DNA of 64,000 nt from Sedimentisphaeraceae bacterium JB056 (GTDB lineage Bacteria > Planctomycetota > Phycisphaerae > Sedimentisphaerales > Sedimentisphaeraceae). This document shows, one piece after another, positions 58,068-64,000 of the stretch. Each line of letters starts with the position of its first letter. Position 1 is the first letter of the stretch. Under the pieces are notes generated by a model. The model ran no database searches. It worked only from the letters and a program-made list of their open reading frames with translations, and had not been told where the DNA came from. The stretch is taken from positions 32,001 through 96,000 of the forward strand of contig JBITAJ010000004.1 of the NCBI GenBank assembly GCA_044440125.1, in the 5' to 3' direction. A program made the position numbers and the translations under genes.

Positions 58068-60434
58068 TTATACGCAACCTGAACAAACCAAAGGCTCACT
58101 TGTTTCAAATTTCTCTCCGAGGTCAACAAAAGGCATTTGAACCAAAACGTCAACCGTTACATTTCCTGTAGGAATCGGCAGTTTATTGCCTTCAAACGGC
58201 TGCCCATTAACAACCAAAGCGACATCTTCAATTTCCTCAACTCTTGAATAATTGAATTTATAAGTTGCCCCTCTCCACTTCCTGATAAATCCAACATTAT
58301 CCCAATCAACCGGCATACATGGTGAAACTTCCAGATAATTCACATGAGGTTTGATACCCATAAATCCTTCAAACACATTTGTCACAAGTGTTGCCGCAGC
58401 ACCGGTTCCCACTATATTACTTGTCCGACCTGCCGCTGCAGATCGCGGGCCATGCCAGAAATTAGGAAACCATAAAGGCACTGCTTTTGTTATTTCAACA
58501 TCATCAGGATTATCTCGCATAGGCAATACGCTTTTAATCATCTCAAGTGCAGACTGCGAAGCTCCTGCCGCAAAAAATCCATTGGCCAGCATTGTTGCAC
58601 CATGAACATAAACTGAACCGTTTTCGCCTGTTCCCGGCTCCTTAGCAGTAACTCTGCCAATATGCGGCAATGGAGTCTCAAATGGAGGTCCATAAAGCAA
58701 AGGCCCTAATTCTGTAACCAGATATTTATCGATAGATTTGAGCAATATCTCTTTTCTATCTTCTGGAACCACGCCCGCTATGAGAGGCCACGCCTGCATC
58801 ATAAGACTTACATGCCCATCGTCACTCGAACAGAACCTTTCGCCATCATCGGTAATGGCTCTTATATACCACTGTCCATCCCACGCATGGGTATTAACAG
58901 CATCAGCCAGCTCACGTGAGGCCTGCGTAAAACGCTCACTAACATCAAACATGCCAAGCTCATCCAGCAGTGGATTGAGGGCTTTAATCGCCCGAACCAA
59001 CGCCACGCTTGTCCACGGCGATTCGCCTATACCCTTTTTTCCGATATTATTGAGCGGGTCGCACCAGTCACCATCAAGCACAAGAACCAAGCCATGCCTG
59101 CCACGTCTTTGGAGTATCCAATCAATGCCGTTTATGATACACTGAATAATACTGGCCGACTTTTCACCATTAGCATACTCGACAGTTGTCTTAAAGAAAT
59201 CAATATCGCCTGTCTCTGCGGCATATCTACCTGCGGCAATACCTACCCACGAAGATATATCACTATAACGTGCGTTCATGAAGAACTCTATATAATCACC
59301 TTTAAGCAGCTCAGGGATTCGTGAAGATGTTCGAGCCATGTGTCCATCGGCTTTTGCAAGCGAACATACCGTCTTTAAGTAATAGTGAGCTCTATCAGGA
59401 TTAAACGGCAAATAACCCCAACAATCAAGCATATTATTACGCCAGTTGTGAGCAATAGATATTCCTCTATCAGAAATAACTTGTTTATGAAGCTGAGTCT
59501 TAATCCACACGTTAGTCATATAATTGATTGTGTCATCAGGCGTACTAACAGTATTGCTTGAAATCAGCTCATCATAAAAAGAAATATTCTTCTGCAATAT
59601 CGCGTCAAAATTAATCTTTGAAAATCTGCGAGCTATTTCCTCAGCATCATCAAGGTCGTCAGCTATTCCAAAGGCATAGTTTATTACAATAGTCTGCCCC
59701 TGCTTGATTTCAAGCTTATGTTGCAACGCCTCAATCAAAGTGGTAGCTGAAGCGTGTTTATTTGGTAGGATGGCATCATCCCAAAGCTTCGCCTGTGACT
59801 CGGGAGCATCAAAACTAAAAAGGCTGTCATTATCTCCGCAAAAAGAATCTGCCTTGATATCGGAAAGATAAAACCCACTATATTTGTAGTCAGGTGTCTC
59901 TGAACCATACTTTTTGACAAGCAGGGCTCCAATATCATCAAGATAAACCGAGCGTTCAAGCTGATTAAAATTTGATATACCTTCAAACTGTCCCTTATGA
60001 TAACCAATAAGAGAAATCTTGCGATCCGGTCCGTTATTAGTTATTTCAAGTCTATTAATCTCTGTATGAGAATCAGGATCAACGAATATTGTAAGATTCG
60101 TCTTTATGCCACTATCGGAAACTTGAAATACAGTTCTTCCCGGACGATGAGTACATTTATAGTCCTGAGCTTTATCAGCTCCCGCTCCCGCATTGAGAGA
60201 AAAACACCTGCCGCTATCAAAGTCTTTTATGCAGTAATTCCTGCCGAAAGAGACCTTGTTTGCCTCAGGACTCATAAAATGCGTAAGCCCCTCACCCCTC
60301 TGAGTTATCTCAACAATAAACTTACCATCAAAGCTATAAAGGTAGTTCTCCCAGGGCTGCGGAGTTGCTGGATCGTTAATTACAAAAGCCCTACCATTAT
60401 CAGAAAAACAACCCCATTTGTTTTTGAATTCCAT
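58068..60434 (-). CDS. GH94-like glycoside phosphorylase (divergent)
   Basis: PATPQPWENYL, VSTPD...N.W, GRHGL...DGDWCD, GES.W, AWDGQWYIRA, GENGSVYVH, P.MPVDW...RKWRGA. Confidence 0.8.
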   Translation of the reverse strand: MEFKNKWGCFSDNGRAFVINDPATPQPWENYLYSFDGKFIVEITQRGEGLTHFMSPEANKVSFGRNYCIKDFDSGRCFSLNAGAGADKAQDYKCTHRPGRTVFQVSDSGIKTNLTIFVDPDSHTEINRLEITNNGPDRKISLIGYHKGQFEGISNFNQLERSVYLDDIGALLVKKYGSETPDYKYSGFYLSDIKADSFCGDNDSLFSFDAPESQAKLWDDAILPNKHASATTLIEALQHKLEIKQGQTIVINYAFGIADDLDDAEEIARRFSKINFDAILQKNISFYDELISSNTVSTPDDTINYMTNVWIKTQLHKQVISDRGISIAHNWRNNMLDCWGYLPFNPDRAHYYLKTVCSLAKADGHMARTSSRIPELLKGDYIEFFMNARYSDISSWVGIAAGRYAAETGDIDFFKTTVEYANGEKSASIIQCIINGIDWILQRRGRHGLVLVLDGDWCDPLNNIGKKGIGESPWTSVALVRAIKALNPLLDELGMFDVSERFTQASRELADAVNTHAWDGQWYIRAITDDGERFCSSDDGHVSLMMQAWPLIAGVVPEDRKEILLKSIDKYLVTELGPLLYGPPFETPLPHIGRVTAKEPGTGENGSVYVHGATMLANGFFAAGASQSALEMIKSVLPMRDNPDDVEITKAVPLWFPNFWHGPRSAAAGRTSNIVGTGAAATLVTNVFEGFMGIKPHVNYLEVSPCMPVDWDNVGFIRKWRGATYKFNYSRVEEIEDVALVVNGQPFEGNKLPIPTGNVTVDVLVQMPFVDLGEKFETSEPLVCSGCV

Positions 60435-60436
60435 AA

Positions 60437-63361
60437 TTATCTTCTCAAATATATTTTAATAGTTTCTACCGAATAAGCCTCTACATCCAGCATTACTCGA
60501 TTATTTTTAATTTTAAGTTCACTCGAATCTAATGGTCTTTCAAGCAAATCAACCTTCTGGGCACTTACTAACTGCGAGGCCAACTGCGGGCAACAACTAA
60601 TCGATACCGAAGCTTTTTCACCAAGAGTTTCCAGTAAACGAACTACAATAGATGAATCATCCTGACTCTTTTTTATTGCCTCTATGATTACCGAATCGCT
60701 ATCACAATTAATCATTGATTGCGAAACAGCAGGCATCTTTCCATCATGTACATCAGTACTTACCGGTTGAAGCTGGCGACCAAATGCATGGCCAACACGC
60801 TTAAGTTCTGCGATATCCATCTTGCCTGAATAAGGCATAAGAGCGAGCTTTATATTGTGCTTTGTAACCTCAGGCATGGGGTCGGGATTATAGCTTGAGC
60901 GAATCAGGTTTAGTCTCAAAGTATTATCCACAATGCCATAGCCATGCTTATACTCACTAACAACGGCAAACCCGCCATCATCATCAGAAACATCCGCCCA
61001 AAGCAGACCCGGAACATCCGAACCGTTCGTACCATTTCGCTCAATAGCACCGAAGGGTGTATCAAACCTGCTATGCTTAATATCAAAACCGGCAGGGAAA
61101 TTCATCCTCAAGCCCGGTGTACCGATATTACTATCCCCAATCTCTTTCCAGTCAACTTCTAATTCCATTTCAAGGTATGGGCTATTTTGTTTGAGAAAAT
61201 ACTCAACCGAAACAGTAGAACTCTTTACCTTATATTTAGCCGTAACCGAAGTTACATAACTACCCCTTAGAGATGGTTCTAAAGAGACCAAACGGATGCC
61301 GGAGACGGTTGCCTCTGTTGCAATTCGCCATGCCGCCATTGGATCTGGCAATTCTTCCAGATATTCCAGAGAAGACGTATTTTTCTTGTCATCACAGATA
61401 TTAATCCCTGTTTTTTTATCAACCATCGCCGAGACGTTGCCTGTCTTCTTGTTAAACAGAACTTGAATAAACTCATTTTCGAGACTCATCTGTCCCATCT
61501 CTTTCCATCTTATACGATGGAACTCCATGCCGTTTTTGACAGGTTCACCCAGACATTTCACATCAGTCTGCTTCTTATCGTATCCGATTGGAACTGCAAA
61601 CATAGACACAAACTCACCGGCGGGCTCGATTATCACTGTAGTATAACCAAACGCTTCAACCGTAACAGGAACCATTAGCTCTACATACTCATGTTGCCAG
61701 TAGCGACCTTGACTTACCCTGTCTGCCGAAACTTTTGTGCCATCGGGAAATACCGCAGTAAACTCAGTCGCTTTAACATCATCGGTCATAAAACCGCTAC
61801 CGCCATCCCAAACGGTGAGCTTAACAACCTCGCTACGTTTCCAGCCGGTAGGATTAAATATAACAAACGGACGTAATGGCCCGCTTTCATTTGAAAAACT
61901 TGAGATCTGACCATCGGCACTATTTCGCCCCACGCCCGCACTGGAAGAACGTGAAGATGTATTCACCGCTGGGTTATCGTTTTTACTGCCGGCAAACGAT
62001 GTATCTATCAAAGAAGACATCTTCCTAAGCGAAAGCGTCGTAATCATGGATGTATCAGCCAAGACATTCTGAGCCTGCCCCATCTGATAATCCCTCGCCT
62101 CGGGCGTACAAGAGCCGGGAAGTATATCATGAAAATGAGCAAAAAGAGTATCCTGCCACGCTTTTCTCAACGTGTCAAATGGATAGTTCTCGCCGGTAAA
62201 TACATCAGAAATAACGGCGGCAGTCTCAGCATCAAGCAACCTATTTTCAGAATCCCTTACCGCCTTTTTAATTCTCGATTGAGATGTATAACAACCCTCA
62301 AACTCAAAATTAAGCTCTCCTTCTACTACCGGAATATTATCGTATTGCTGCTGAACTATCCGGTAATACTTCTTTGTCGTGCTAAACTTCATATTCGGAT
62401 ACAGAGGCCAAGAATCCATCTCGATGCAATATTTAATATCACGCTCTGTAGGTCCGCCGCCATGATCGCCAACACCAAATACGCACATCCAATCCTTAAG
62501 ATTGGTCGTCTCAACAAAATTCATCAACCCCTTTACATTGTGCGAACCGATAAAATCGAAATACCAGCTACTTTCCTTGTTCACCAAGACCTTGGAGCCA
62601 TCAGGCGACTGCCAATAGAAAATTGGTGGCAAATCATCATCTTCACCGGTTCTACCACAGTAGTAATGACTAACCCCACCACCGCTTAAAATCATGGGAA
62701 TAGTATTTGCGTGCCCGAATGTATCCGGTTCCCAATCTATGCTTACATCTTCAGCATCAAGGTCAAAATGCTCCTTGCAAAACTCTCTTGTATAGAGCAG
62801 ATGCCGTACAAGGCTCTCGCCGGAAACAAAATTCTTTTCACCCTCAACCCATTGGCTTGCGGCAATTTCCCATCGTCCCTGCTGAACATAAGCCTTTATC
62901 CTTTTGAGCATCTCAGGATTGTACTTGCGAACAATATCGTACACCGCACCCTGGCTCTGACTGAAACAAAAATCTTCATACTTATCCAGAAGACGAAGAA
63001 CCGTGGTAAAAGTATCATTAACCACCGCAACGGTTTCTGGCCAGTTCCATTGCCAGTTCATATCAATATGTGCATGCCCAACACAATGTATCGTGTATTC
63101 CTTTGCAACGGCTGAAAAAGGGCTTAGTATCTCCTCTGCCTTTCGCACTGAACTCACAAGCTCAGAAAGTTTTCCAGCATCAACAGCATTACTGACAAGC
63201 AACTGCGCCTGCTCAAGCAAATCCTCTTTACCGATTAATAATTCCGGCCGCTGTTTAAAGAGCCTGCCAAGAAAATCTACCTGACTGTTAAAACGCTCTA
63301 TTTCCCAAGCGAACTTGGCATTAAGCGAATCAGCATCTATTTTTTTTATTCTATAATCCAT
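60437..63361 (-). CDS. GH38 alpha-mannosidase family protein
   Basis: GHAHIDMNWQW, WEPDTFGH, FGVGDHGGGPT, GELNFEFEGCYTSQ, HFHDILPGS. Confidence 0.92.
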   Translation of the reverse strand: MDYRIKKIDADSLNAKFAWEIERFNSQVDFLGRLFKQRPELLIGKEDLLEQAQLLVSNAVDAGKLSELVSSVRKAEEILSPFSAVAKEYTIHCVGHAHIDMNWQWNWPETVAVVNDTFTTVLRLLDKYEDFCFSQSQGAVYDIVRKYNPEMLKRIKAYVQQGRWEIAASQWVEGEKNFVSGESLVRHLLYTREFCKEHFDLDAEDVSIDWEPDTFGHANTIPMILSGGGVSHYYCGRTGEDDDLPPIFYWQSPDGSKVLVNKESSWYFDFIGSHNVKGLMNFVETTNLKDWMCVFGVGDHGGGPTERDIKYCIEMDSWPLYPNMKFSTTKKYYRIVQQQYDNIPVVEGELNFEFEGCYTSQSRIKKAVRDSENRLLDAETAAVISDVFTGENYPFDTLRKAWQDTLFAHFHDILPGSCTPEARDYQMGQAQNVLADTSMITTLSLRKMSSLIDTSFAGSKNDNPAVNTSSRSSSAGVGRNSADGQISSFSNESGPLRPFVIFNPTGWKRSEVVKLTVWDGGSGFMTDDVKATEFTAVFPDGTKVSADRVSQGRYWQHEYVELMVPVTVEAFGYTTVIIEPAGEFVSMFAVPIGYDKKQTDVKCLGEPVKNGMEFHRIRWKEMGQMSLENEFIQVLFNKKTGNVSAMVDKKTGINICDDKKNTSSLEYLEELPDPMAAWRIATEATVSGIRLVSLEPSLRGSYVTSVTAKYKVKSSTVSVEYFLKQNSPYLEMELEVDWKEIGDSNIGTPGLRMNFPAGFDIKHSRFDTPFGAIERNGTNGSDVPGLLWADVSDDDGGFAVVSEYKHGYGIVDNTLRLNLIRSSYNPDPMPEVTKHNIKLALMPYSGKMDIAELKRVGHAFGRQLQPVSTDVHDGKMPAVSQSMINCDSDSVIIEAIKKSQDDSSIVVRLLETLGEKASVSISCCPQLASQLVSAQKVDLLERPLDSSELKIKNNRVMLDVEAYSVETIKIYLRR

Positions 63362-63370
63362 AATATAAAA

Positions 63371-64000
63371 TCAACCGCCGGAATAAACCGCTGTTGCCAA
63401 TCCTTTTTCTACATCTATACCATCAACTGTCATTAAACGGAATGAACCAGCATTATGCTGACTGCTATCCCAAGATTTGAGGAAATCATAATGACCACTC
63501 ATTTTTATCCATTCCCATGCATTAGCTCTAATTTGAGCACAATCCATATCCCAATAAGCAAACTTCTCTATACCCTGGTCATGAAACTTAACGATACTCG
63601 CCGGCCCCATCACATCAACTCCCCTATAATCAGGGAATAACGTAAACTCACAGTCATTGGCTTTTCCTGCGGCAATATAATCTTTATCAATTCCCTGCTG
63701 ACAAATCACCTCATCAAGCAAGCCTGCTTCTATCCACGCCTTGACATCAAGCCCCTCCTCGTAAGGAGTGCTACCAAGCCATACCTTTCTCCACGATGGC
63801 CACACCCATATAGAAAGCTCAATCTTCTTACCCTTAGCACACCCAACCTCATCAAGACATTTTCTAACCTTCTGCATAAACTCAGTCATAATTTCCGCTC
63901 TTATGCTGTGGAGCCTTTTATCAGAAGGGTCTACCTTGCGGGCATCTTCGCCATATTTTTCCTTAAATCTACGTAAAATAGGCTTTTCATACCACAATGC
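63371..64000 (-). CDS. C-terminal part of a putative glycoside-hydrolase-like (DUF187/GHL10-type) TIM-barrel protein, 5' end outside window
   Basis: FKEKYGEDA...RAEIMTEFM.KVR, GLDVKAWIEAGLLDEV, YWD; frame open to the window edge. Confidence 0.6.
   Translation of the reverse strand, partial: ALWYEKPILRRFKEKYGEDARKVDPSDKRLHSIRAEIMTEFMQKVRKCLDEVGCAKGKKIELSIWVWPSWRKVWLGSTPYEEGLDVKAWIEAGLLDEVICQQGIDKDYIAAGKANDCEFTLFPDYRGVDVMGPASIVKFHDQGIEKFAYWDMDCAQIRANAWEWIKMSGHYDFLKSWDSSQHNAGSFRLMTVDGIDVEKGLATAVYSGG

Noticed and set aside
1399..63640. Numerous short ORFs in the track that overlap long genes (e.g. 5230-5880, 19985-20581, 62129-62689)
   Set aside because: Antisense or off-frame shadows of well-supported CDSs, with no recognisable motifs.

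Overview
Mostly minus-strand, AT-rich window whose gene content suggests a planctomycete of the Phycisphaerae/Sedimentisphaerales type (inference: prepilin-type FTLIELL proteins, LamG proteins with short dockerin-like tails, FG-GAP proteins, sulfatase). A small core-looking block at 13.5-19.1 kb (UbiA/DPPR-synthase-like, DUF2723-type GT-C, AtpZ/I-like, HEAT protein) is surrounded by four glycan-utilisation loci. Three of them (about 1-13 kb, 19.3-37.4 kb, 38.2-53.0 kb) repeat one plan with no SusC/SusD or TonB-dependent transporter: LacI regulator, one prepilin-type protein, secreted LamG/dockerin-like proteins, a putative depolymerase (lyase-like, FG-GAP propeller or sialidase-like), an SSS symporter and a cytoplasmic acid-sugar enzyme. 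The fourth (53.4-64 kb, truncated) has GH38, a divergent GH94-like protein, a DHDPS-family enzyme, two Cys-rich small proteins, an amidohydrolase, an AKR and an SDR. The boundaries between loci 2/3 and 3/4 carry three co-oriented 3' fragments of different tRNAs (Thr-TGT, Asp-GTC, Arg-TCT). Each is followed by similar att-like accessory motifs, and one by a transposase remnant; no intact integrase is present. All calls come from reading motifs by eye; no database searches were run.
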